A DNA stretch of 64,000 nt from a virus (lineage: Duplodnaviria; Heunggongvirae; Uroviricota; Caudoviricetes). The position numbers were made by a program, and so were the translations under genes. Shown piece after piece: positions 26,345 to 32,858 of the stretch (the first letter of the stretch is position 1; each line of letters starts with the position of its first letter). The notes below the pieces were generated by a model. The model saw nothing but the letters and a program-made list of their open reading frames with translations, was not told the DNA's origin and searched no databases. The stretch lies in the IMG/VR virus record IMGVR_UViG_3300031555_002005. One strand, given 5' to 3'.

Positions 26345-26436
26345 GGAGCAGTACCCAAGTGGCTATAAGGGGACGCCCTGCTAAGGCGTTAGACCGAGCA
26401 ATCGGTGCGAGAGTTCGAATCTCTCCTGCTCCGCCA
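26345..26436 (+). tRNA. tRNA-Ser (GCT), class II
   Basis: acceptor ggagcag/ctgctcc, loop ctGCTaa, long variable arm, CCA. Confidence 0.9.
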
Positions 26437-27064
26437 TGCACTCAAGGGCACTACAGATGTTACCGATATTAGAAAACTCATATCGCCCTCGTAAATACTA
26501 AGAATGGTGCGAAGTATTTACACAAATCTCACGCAACACTACTTATTGCAGTAAGTTGATTGAATAAAGGTGTTGCTTATATAGGGGAGTCGTTCAAAGG
26601 AAGGACTGTAGTCTCCAAAACTACCAATGGGATATCGTGATTCTCCTCCCCTGCCAAGTAAGTGATACTTAAATACTGCAGAATAAAGGATTTGCCTTCC
26701 AGGGAACTGTGCCTGCATAGATCCCGTTTACTGGTGTTGATGCCAAAGTACACGGTGCAGTAGCCAGCTGATAAAGCCAACAACAAAGATTGGCCGCTTG
26801 TTTCGTGCGGCATATAAAAGTGAAACTCGCTAGTCACAGTGTGAACCTGAAAAAGATGCTTCGTCAAAAGCTTAAAATGGCATCGCTCTTCAATAATTGG
26901 CGGTTGTTGGAAATCTAAAGAAAGGAAATTATGTATCATGTGGAAGACTTTTAAAAAGAGACTTTTTGATGCTATTGTTGAATACGGTAAGTTTGTTCAG
27001 TTTATGTATTCCTAATAGCGTTATTAAGTGGATCATTGAGCCTAAAAAGCTTAATGATTCCCTC
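26437..27064 (+). ncRNA. 628-nt ORF-free structured region; large ncRNA candidate
   Basis: No supported + strand ORF; helices gcaacac/gtgttgc, ggggag/ctcccc and many local hairpins; flanked by tRNAs. Confidence 0.4.
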
Positions 27065-27093
27065 TTGACAAATCTTAAAACATGTGATATAAT
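27065..27093 (+). promoter_or_regulatory. sigma70-type promoter (conserved cassette)
   Basis: cctcTTGACAaat-N17-TATAAT. Confidence 0.8.
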
Positions 27094-27110
27094 TCCTTCA
27101 GTTCAAAGGA

Positions 27111-27127
27111 ACAATACAAAATTAATA
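27111..27127 (+). promoter_or_regulatory. ACAATACAAAATTAAT box copy
   Basis: acaatacaaaattaata, 2 nt before a tRNA 5' end. Confidence 0.6.
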
Positions 27128-27128
27128 T

Positions 27129-27216
27129 TGGGGATTCGCCTAGAGGCTAAGGGCGGCGGGCTTTGACCCCGTTTGGAGAAATCCTATCGTGTGTTCGAAT
27201 CACACATCCCCAACCA
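27129..27216 (+). tRNA. class II-shaped tRNA with Gln anticodon TTG
   Basis: acceptor tggggat/atcccca, loop ctTTGac, 16-nt variable arm (gga-gaaa-tcc), A73, CCA. Confidence 0.7.
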
Positions 27217-27219
27217 TAT

Positions 27220-27296
27220 AGAGCCGTAGCCAAGCGGTTAAGGCATCAGACTCTGACTCTGACATTTCATTGGTTCAAATCCAATCGGCTCTACCA
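27220..27296 (+). tRNA. tRNA-Gln (CTG)
   Basis: acceptor agagccg/cggctct, loop ctCTGac, CCA. Confidence 0.88.
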
Positions 27297-27322
27297 TTAT
27301 TTATTTGACATTAAAGAAGTGA

Positions 27323-27922
27323 TTGACATTGGCGAAACATGTAACTACAGAAGAAATAGCAACAAGAATAAAAAATACTTTTAAACAAAATGTTTCATTA
27401 GTTGGAGAATATAAGAATAAACGATCAAAATTAACATTACATTGTAATGATTGTGGACATGAATGGGAATCTCCATCAAGTAGTGTTATATATGGAGATA
27501 GACACGAGTGTCCTCGGTGTGGAAGACATGCAAAACAATTGAATGAATTTCAATGTACAAACTGTGGACAAGTTGTGTATCGTAAAGATTCAGACATTAA
27601 AAAGAATCAAACAGGTAATTTCTTTTGTTCTCAACAATGTGGAAATGAGTTTAAAAATCGAATACGAAAAGAAAGTGGAGAATGGGATAACTCGTTAAGC
27701 TATAGACGGAAAGCATTTGAAACTTATGAACATTTATGTTGTGTATGCGGTTGGAATGAAGATGAAAGAATTTTAGAAGTTCATCATAAAGATGAAGATC
27801 GTACAAACAATATGGTAAATAATCTATGTATTCTATGTCCTACATGTCATAGAAAAATAACATTAGGATATTATGAATTAACAGATGATTTCAAGCTAGT
27901 TGATAAAAATCAAAAGAATTAA
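27323..27922 (+). CDS. HNH homing endonuclease with zinc ribbons
   Basis: EVHHKDEDRTNN..CILCPTCHRKI; several CxxC pairs. Confidence 0.85.
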   Translation: MTLAKHVTTEEIATRIKNTFKQNVSLVGEYKNKRSKLTLHCNDCGHEWESPSSSVIYGDRHECPRCGRHAKQLNEFQCTNCGQVVYRKDSDIKKNQTGNFFCSQQCGNEFKNRIRKESGEWDNSLSYRRKAFETYEHLCCVCGWNEDERILEVHHKDEDRTNNMVNNLCILCPTCHRKITLGYYELTDDFKLVDKNQKN

Positions 27923-27924
27923 TA

Positions 27925-28001
27925 TCCGGTAGTGGCCAAATTTGGTAAGGCTCTTGATTTGGGTTCAAGAAATTTGCACGTTCGAGTCGTGTCTACCGGA
28001 C
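27925..28001 (+). tRNA. tRNA-Pro (TGG)
   Basis: acceptor tccggta/taccgga, loop ttTGGgt; CCA not encoded. Confidence 0.85.
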
Positions 28002-28028
28002 CACAAAAAATAACAAAAGGAGATTTTT

Positions 28029-28202
28029 ATGCTAGAATTTGGAACAACTGTAACCGATACCAACACTGGATATTCAGGTAAGATCACCGCACGTGCAGAG
28101 TATAATATTGGTACAATTTTGTATCTGGTCGAAAGCGTTGATACAACTGGTAGACCGATTGAACAGTGGATTAACTCTGAAAGAATTGAAGTAGAAATTT
28201 AA
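28029..28202 (+). CDS. hypothetical small protein (57 aa)
   Basis: RBS AAAGGAG 8 nt upstream; read manually, below track cutoff. Confidence 0.6.
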   Translation: MLEFGTTVTDTNTGYSGKITARAEYNIGTILYLVESVDTTGRPIEQWINSERIEVEI

Positions 28203-28212
28203 AAAATACCCC

Positions 28213-28240
28213 TTGACAAATCAGAATTATATGATATAAT
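28213..28240 (+). promoter_or_regulatory. sigma70-type promoter for the ACAGCAA RNA array
   Basis: ccccTTGACAaat-N16-TATAAT. Confidence 0.8.
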
Positions 28241-28257
28241 ACAAGCAGTTCAAGGGA

Positions 28258-28274
28258 ACAGTACAAAATTAATA
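28258..28274 (+). promoter_or_regulatory. ACAATACAAAATTAAT box copy (variant)
   Basis: acagtacaaaattaata in leader of a non-coding array. Confidence 0.55.
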
Positions 28275-28275
28275 A

Positions 28276-28369
28276 AGGCGCACACAGCAAATTTACTATA
28301 TGGTTAAAATTTTTTATGTTTGTGTTAAAAAATGAGAAGGTTCAAATCCTTTAAAAATTTCATGCGCCT
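28276..28369 (+). ncRNA. ACAGCAA-module RNA unit A
   Basis: outer helix aggcgca/tgcgcct, 5' bulge cACAGCaa (28284..28290), inner helix aaattt/aaattt, cargo with T-arm-like aagg-ttcaaat-cctt. Confidence 0.55.
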
Positions 28370-28379
28370 TGACAAAAAA

Positions 28380-28442
28380 AGACACTAACAGCAACTTTAT
28401 TAACTATACAATTTGGGCTTGTAAATATTGTTAATAGTGTCT
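28380..28442 (+). ncRNA. ACAGCAA-module RNA unit B
   Basis: outer helix agacact/agtgtct, bulge aACAGCAA (28388..28394), inner helix attaac/gttaat. Confidence 0.55.
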
Positions 28443-28449
28443 TGAATAT

Positions 28450-28561
28450 GGGAACGTCCGGTGGCAGTAAATAAGTGCATGGAGTGGGCAGCACACACAG
28501 CAATTTTACTTAACAATTTCTGGAAAAAATTGACTCCTTGGTTCAACTCCGAGGGTTCCCA
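28450..28561 (+). ncRNA. tRNA-like RNA with permuted ACAGCAA module (unit C)
   Basis: acceptor-like gggaac/gttccc, T arm cttgg-ttcaact-ccgag; hairpin gtgc-N12-gcac + ACAGCAA (28497..28503); agtaaa/tttact. Confidence 0.5.
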
Positions 28562-28582
28562 AAAATCCCACTAACTTAATAT

Positions 28583-28712
28583 GCGGAAGTAGCTCAGCTG
28601 GGAGAGCAATAGTATTTATTTAAAAATGTGTTTAGATTAACACTAACAGCAATTTTTATTTAAAGAAGAAGTTGGGGACTATGGGTCGTAGGTTCGAGCC
28701 CTACCTTCCGCA
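28583..28712 (+). tRNA. tRNA-like gene with permuted ACAGCAA module in anticodon loop (unit D; anticodon unassigned)
   Basis: acceptor gcggaag/cttccgc, D and T arms canonical, stem atagt/actat encloses 64 nt: taaaaa-[gtgtt-tagatt-aacac]-tAACAGCAA-ttttta. Confidence 0.6.
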
Positions 28713-28724
28713 TCAACTAAATAT

Positions 28725-28852
28725 GCCAGAGTAGCTCAGTTGGTAGAGCACGTATATATCAACCAACGTGGTATGAAAATTTCACGCACAGCAATTTTAA
28801 TGATTCTTGCCTTTTAAGCACGTTGTCGTGGGTTCGAGTCCCATCTCTGGCA
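28725..28852 (+). tRNA. tRNA-like gene with ACAGCAA module (unit E; anticodon unassigned)
   Basis: acceptor gccagag/ctctggc, D/T arms canonical; insert has hairpin cgtg-N12-cacg + cACAGCAA (28788..28794); flanked by direct repeat agcacgt. Confidence 0.55.
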
Positions 28853-28862
28853 AACTTTATAT

Positions 28863-28981
28863 GGCGCAATGGTGTAATGGTAGCACAACGTAATAATTGA
28901 GGTTTGTTAAAATCTTAAACTGCAATTTTACAATGCATGATCACGCCGTAGGTTGAAGTTCGATTCTTCATTGCGTCTCCA
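28863..28981 (+). tRNA. tRNA-like gene with variant module ACTGCAA (unit F; anticodon unassigned)
   Basis: acceptor ggcgcaa/ttgcgtc, T arm tgaag-ttcgatt-cttca, CCA; hairpin gttt-N11-aaac + TGCAATTTTA. Confidence 0.5.
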
Positions 28982-28998
28982 AATTAACAATTAAATAA

Positions 28999-29118
28999 AG
29001 GCACATACAGCAATTTTAAATTCTGAAGCAGCCATTTTGCTTTGTAGTATAACTGGTTAGTACGCAGGACTGATAATCCTGAAATGCTGGTTCGAGTCCA
29101 GTCTTTAAAAATGTGCCT
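28999..29118 (+). ncRNA. ACAGCAA-module RNA unit G carrying an internal tRNA-like domain
   Basis: outer aggcacat/atgtgcct, bulge ACAGCAA (29007..29013), inner ttttaaa/tttaaaa; cargo has arm cagga-ctGATaa-tcctg and T arm ctgg-ttcgagt-ccag. Confidence 0.6.
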
Positions 29119-29129
29119 TGCAATTAAAA

Positions 29130-29235
29130 GAGAGACGAACAGCAAATTGATTGAATTAAAGAAGATAGAAAACTTATTTACTAATTATTGTTGTTTTATT
29201 TATGTATTAGATTATTTATCACTTTTAAGTCTCTC
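29130..29235 (+). ncRNA. ACAGCAA-module RNA unit H
   Basis: outer gagagac/gtctctc, bulge gAACAGCAA (29139..29145), AT-rich cargo. Confidence 0.5.
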
Positions 29236-29250
29236 GAATAAATAAAATCT

Positions 29251-29313
29251 CCAAAGACGCTAACAGCAATGTACGACTTGACTGCAAATCAATAATCGTA
29301 AAATGCGTCTTGG
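29251..29313 (+). ncRNA. ACAGCAA-module RNA unit I
   Basis: outer ccaaagacgc/gcgtcttgg, bulge tAACAGCAA (29263..29269), inner tacga/tcgta. Confidence 0.55.
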
Positions 29314-29353
29314 ATTTTAGTAATAAAATCAAAACTTTTAGGAGGAACAAAAA

Positions 29354-30907
29354 ATGGAATTTATGAGTGCAGTTAGACAGACTCTCAATAATGAGTACAA
29401 TGTGTCTATCACTGAGAACGGCGCAGTTGGTTATAGAACCACTGGCAAGGAGCTGCTTGACCTGAACTTTGCAGTAGCATCTCTTCGTAAGATGACCGAT
29501 GCAGAAGTCGCAAAGAGATTCAAGAAGGCTTTTTGTGAAGATCAGGTTCTCGCAATGAAGTGGCTGTTCTACGCAAGAGACGTTCGTGGTGGTTTGGGTG
29601 AGCGTAGACTGTTCAGAGTTGTTCTGGCAGATCTGGTACAGTCCAATCCTGAAATGGTTATTCCTGTCATGAATCTGATTCCTGAGTATGGTCGCTACGA
29701 TGACCTGTGGTGTCTGTTAGATGACAAGGAAGCAGCTAATGTGATTTATCAGATTGTTGATAATCAGCTGAAGCGTGACTGGGAAAACATGGCTTCAAAG
29801 AAGCCTATTTCTATTCTGGCAAAGTGGATGCCTTCTATCAATGCATCTTCTGCTAAGACCAAGGAATACGGAAAGAAGCTGTGCAAGGCTCTGAAGATGA
29901 CTGAGCGTGAATACCGCAAGGCTCTGAGCAAGCTTCGTGCATATCTGGATGTTGTTGAAGTTAAGATGTCCGATAAGAACTGGTCTGCAATTAAGTATGA
30001 AGCAGTTCCTTCTCGTGCAAATCTGATTTACAACAGCGCATTCCTGAGAAATGACGAAGCAAGACGTAGAGAATATCTTGGCCAGCTTGAAAAGGGCGAG
30101 ACTAAGATTAACGCATCTACTCTGTTCCCTCACGATATTGCTCATAAGTATACTAACAACTCATGGGGTCGTGGTCTAAAGGCAAAGGATGCAACCATTG
30201 AAGCTCTGTGGAAGGCGCTACCTGACACTGTAAATGGCTGTGGTAATACTATTGTTGTTGCTGACGGCTCTGGTAGTATGACTTGCACTGTTGACAATCA
30301 CTCTCGTGTTACTGCACTTGAAGTTGCAAACGCACTGGCAATTTACTTTGCTGAGCACTCTTCTGGTCAGTTCAAGGATAAGTACATTACTTTCTCTGAA
30401 AGACCTCAGTTTGTTGACTTCAGCAATTGTAAGACTCTGCATGACAAGCTACACACTGCACTAATGCATAATGAAGTTGCAAATACTAACATCGAAAAGG
30501 TGTTTGATTTGATTCTGACTTCTGCGGTCAATAACCATATGCATCAGGAAGATCTTCCTCAGAACATCCTGATCATCTCTGATATGGAGTTTGATAGCTG
30601 TGCAACTTCTGGCAATGTTGATCGTTGGAGCTACCGTAACAGACCTACTCAGAAGCTATTCGATGTTATCGCTCAGAAGTACGCAAGAGCAGGTTACAAG
30701 ATGCCTCGTCTGGTATTCTGGAATGTAAACTCTCGCACTGGTACTATTCCTGTAAAGGAAAATGACCTTGGTGTGGCACTGGTCAGCGGTTTCTCTGTAA
30801 ACGTTGCCAAGATGGTCATGAGTGGCAAGACTGATCCTTTCGAGTGTCTGCTTGAAACTCTGAACTCTGAGAGATATGCTCCTGTTGAGGAAGCTTTAAA
30901 TCAGTAA
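29354..30907 (+). CDS. DUF2828 / TROVE(Ro60)-like protein with C-terminal vWA domain
   Basis: N-terminal ITENGAVGYRTTGKELLDLNF signature as I recall for DUF2828; MIDAS-like VVADGSGSM; strong RBS AGGAGG. Confidence 0.75.
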   Translation: MEFMSAVRQTLNNEYNVSITENGAVGYRTTGKELLDLNFAVASLRKMTDAEVAKRFKKAFCEDQVLAMKWLFYARDVRGGLGERRLFRVVLADLVQSNPEMVIPVMNLIPEYGRYDDLWCLLDDKEAANVIYQIVDNQLKRDWENMASKKPISILAKWMPSINASSAKTKEYGKKLCKALKMTEREYRKALSKLRAYLDVVEVKMSDKNWSAIKYEAVPSRANLIYNSAFLRNDEARRREYLGQLEKGETKINASTLFPHDIAHKYTNNSWGRGLKAKDATIEALWKALPDTVNGCGNTIVVADGSGSMTCTVDNHSRVTALEVANALAIYFAEHSSGQFKDKYITFSERPQFVDFSNCKTLHDKLHTALMHNEVANTNIEKVFDLILTSAVNNHMHQEDLPQNILIISDMEFDSCATSGNVDRWSYRNRPTQKLFDVIAQKYARAGYKMPRLVFWNVNSRTGTIPVKENDLGVALVSGFSVNVAKMVMSGKTDPFECLLETLNSERYAPVEEALNQ

Positions 30908-30958
30908 ACTGGTACACGCAAGTGTCTTGTTTAAATAATCCAAAGGAGGACTTTGCCT

Positions 30959-31006
30959 ATGATTGTATCAGCTAATTCCAACTTGGAGGATTGTCCACCA
31001 GCTTAG
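30959..31006 (+). CDS. conserved 15-codon uORF, copy 2 (MIVSANSNLEDCPPA)
   Basis: GGAGGActTTGCCTATGATTGT shared with copy 1; TAG in loop of hairpin tccacc/ggtgga. Confidence 0.4.
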   Translation: MIVSANSNLEDCPPA

Positions 31007-31041
31007 GTGGAGTCCTGGGTAAGACTTAAAACTGCCCATTC

Positions 31042-31165
31042 AGACATTAACAGCAAACAATAATTACTTGGTTGCGAGGTTAGCTTAGCTGGTCTAAAGC
31101 AATAGATGTGAAAATCTATGATCACTGGTTCGAACCCAGTACCTTGTGTTTAAGTGATAATGTCT
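31042..31165 (+). ncRNA. ACAGCAA-module RNA unit J carrying a tRNA-like domain
   Basis: outer agacatt/aatgtct, bulge aACAGCAA (31049..31056), inner ttactt/aagtga; cargo 31074..31148 cloverleaf-like with 6/8-nt 'anticodon' loop. Confidence 0.6.
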
Positions 31166-31176
31166 AGTTTCTATAT

Positions 31177-31254
31177 TGCGGAGTGGACAAGAGGTCTAAG
31201 TCGCCAGCCTCATAAGCTGGAGGTCGCTGGTTCGAATCCAGCCTCACGCAACCA
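31177..31254 (+). tRNA. tRNA-Met/Ile2 (CAT) with bulged acceptor stem
   Basis: loop ctCATaa, T arm gctgg-ttcgaat-ccagc, CCA; acceptor tgcggag/ctc(a)cgca needs a 1-nt bulge. Confidence 0.6.
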
Positions 31255-31257
31255 TAT

Positions 31258-31344
31258 GCCGCTGTGGTGGAATCGGTAGACACCAGGGACTTAAAATCCC
31301 TTGCTGACAACAGCGTACGAGTTCGAGTCTCGTCAGCGGCACCA
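31258..31344 (+). tRNA. tRNA-Leu (TAA), class II
   Basis: acceptor gccgctg/cagcggc, loop ctTAAaa, long variable arm, CCA. Confidence 0.9.
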
Positions 31345-31379
31345 TAAAAAATATTGGCACTTTGAAAGGAGAAATTAAA

Positions 31380-31538
31380 ATGCCTGTATTTTATATTTTA
31401 GTCATTCTCGCAGCGTGTCTGTTGTGGTTCTTACTAGCTTTTATGTTTAAGCCAATGGGAAAGCTTGGACATAGAATCTGGAAAGATGCAGTAGATGCAA
31501 TGAATGAGGATGATGAAAACGAAAACAAAAAGGAGTAA
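31380..31538 (+). CDS. small membrane protein (52 aa), NfeD-like position
   Basis: RBS AAAGGAG; N-terminal TM helix; precedes SPFH gene. Confidence 0.55.
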   Translation: MPVFYILVILAACLLWFLLAFMFKPMGKLGHRIWKDAVDAMNEDDENENKKE

Positions 31539-31544
31539 AAACAA

Positions 31545-32465
31545 ATGAGAAAAGGTAGTATTGGCGCAATTCTTCTGGCATTTCTGATCTTTGGTGGACT
31601 GCTTCTATGTCTAGCATGCACAGAAAAGATTCCGACTGGTTATGTTGGTGTTGTTTACAACATGAGCGGTGGCGTAGATGGTGAAGTGCTTTCCCAGGGC
31701 TTCCATATCGTAGCACCCACTAAGAAGGTAACCACTTATTCTGTAGGACTAGAGCAGAGTTATCTGTCTTCTGAAGATGTTGGCGACTCCCCGAAGGATG
31801 AAAGTTTCAACATTCCTACTTCTGATGGTAAGACTGTCCGTGTAAATCTAGAATTCTCTTATCGTTTTGATTCCGAGCGTGTTGCAGAAACCTTTACTAT
31901 GTTTAAGGGTAAGTCTGGTGAAAACATTAAGGAAACCTTTATTAAGCCCAAGGTAATGGCATGGACTCAGGAAGTTTCCGCAAAGTATCCTGTTACAGAC
32001 ATTTTTGGTGACAAGCGTACTGCTATCAATGCAGAGCTAGACATTTATCTGCGTGAAAAGTTTGCACCTTATGGCATTATTATTGACACTGTAAACTTTA
32101 CTGACATTTCTGTTGACAATGAAACTGCCGCAGCAATTCAGAAGAAGGTTAATGCACAGCAGGAACTAGAGCTTGCAAACATTGAAGCAGAAACTGCAAA
32201 GATTCAGGCCCAGAAGGACAAAGAGGTTGCACGTGTTCAGGCAGAAAAGGACAAGGAAGTTGCCGCTATTAAGGCAGAGCAGAAGATTATTGCAGCCGAA
32301 GCAGATGCCGAGGCACTAAGAATTGCATCTGAAGCAGAAGCAGAAGCAAACCGTGAGATCGCAGCTTCTCTGACTCCTCAGCTAATCGAGAAGATTAAGT
32401 ATGAGCAGTGGAATGGTCAGATGCCCAAGGTCACTGGTGGCAGTTCTATTGTAAGTATTGATTAA
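31545..32465 (+). CDS. SPFH / band-7 (prohibitin-HflK-like) membrane protein
   Basis: N-terminal TM, SPFH core then Ala/Glu/Lys-rich coiled coil. Confidence 0.8.
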   Translation: MRKGSIGAILLAFLIFGGLLLCLACTEKIPTGYVGVVYNMSGGVDGEVLSQGFHIVAPTKKVTTYSVGLEQSYLSSEDVGDSPKDESFNIPTSDGKTVRVNLEFSYRFDSERVAETFTMFKGKSGENIKETFIKPKVMAWTQEVSAKYPVTDIFGDKRTAINAELDIYLREKFAPYGIIIDTVNFTDISVDNETAAAIQKKVNAQQELELANIEAETAKIQAQKDKEVARVQAEKDKEVAAIKAEQKIIAAEADAEALRIASEAEAEANREIAASLTPQLIEKIKYEQWNGQMPKVTGGSSIVSID

Positions 32466-32485
32466 AACTAAATTGAGGTAACACA

Positions 32486-32749
32486 ATGAAGAAGAACAAG
32501 CAGGATATTCTCACTCTAAAGACTCAGGAATATGCATCTGCGGCAAAGGAAGCAGAAAATGCAGTGTCTATGGTTTCTACTGCTATGAATCGTCTAAAGG
32601 CAGCAAACCATAGAATGGAAAGCAACATGAAGGACATTCGAGAGTATTGTACCAACATGATGGCTATTCATGATCAGATGGGCAAGGATCATGCCCACAA
32701 TGAAGCAGTTATTTCCAACTTTTCTAAGCTGCTATGCATTGAAGAGTAA
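32486..32749 (+). CDS. hypothetical coiled-coil protein (87 aa)
   Basis: RBS TGAGG. Confidence 0.7.
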   Translation: MKKNKQDILTLKTQEYASAAKEAENAVSMVSTAMNRLKAANHRMESNMKDIREYCTNMMAIHDQMGKDHAHNEAVISNFSKLLCIEE

Positions 32750-32757
32750 TTAAATAT

Positions 32758-32776
32758 AGGGGTGTTTTACACCCCT
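32758..32776 (+). terminator. terminator-like hairpin
   Basis: aggggtg-tttta-cacccct; no clear T-run. Confidence 0.45.
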
Positions 32777-32858
32777 AAAATATTAATAACAGGCTCATAT
32801 TATTTACAACAAAATGCAAGTTCGAGTCTTAAATAAATTTTAAGCGGGTGACAAGAAC

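Noticed and set aside
26577-26939. 120-aa minus-strand ORF in the tRNA island
   Set aside because: It has no RBS, is the lone minus-strand frame, and lies in a region full of RNA helices. I treat the region as a non-coding RNA candidate instead. A homology search could overturn this.
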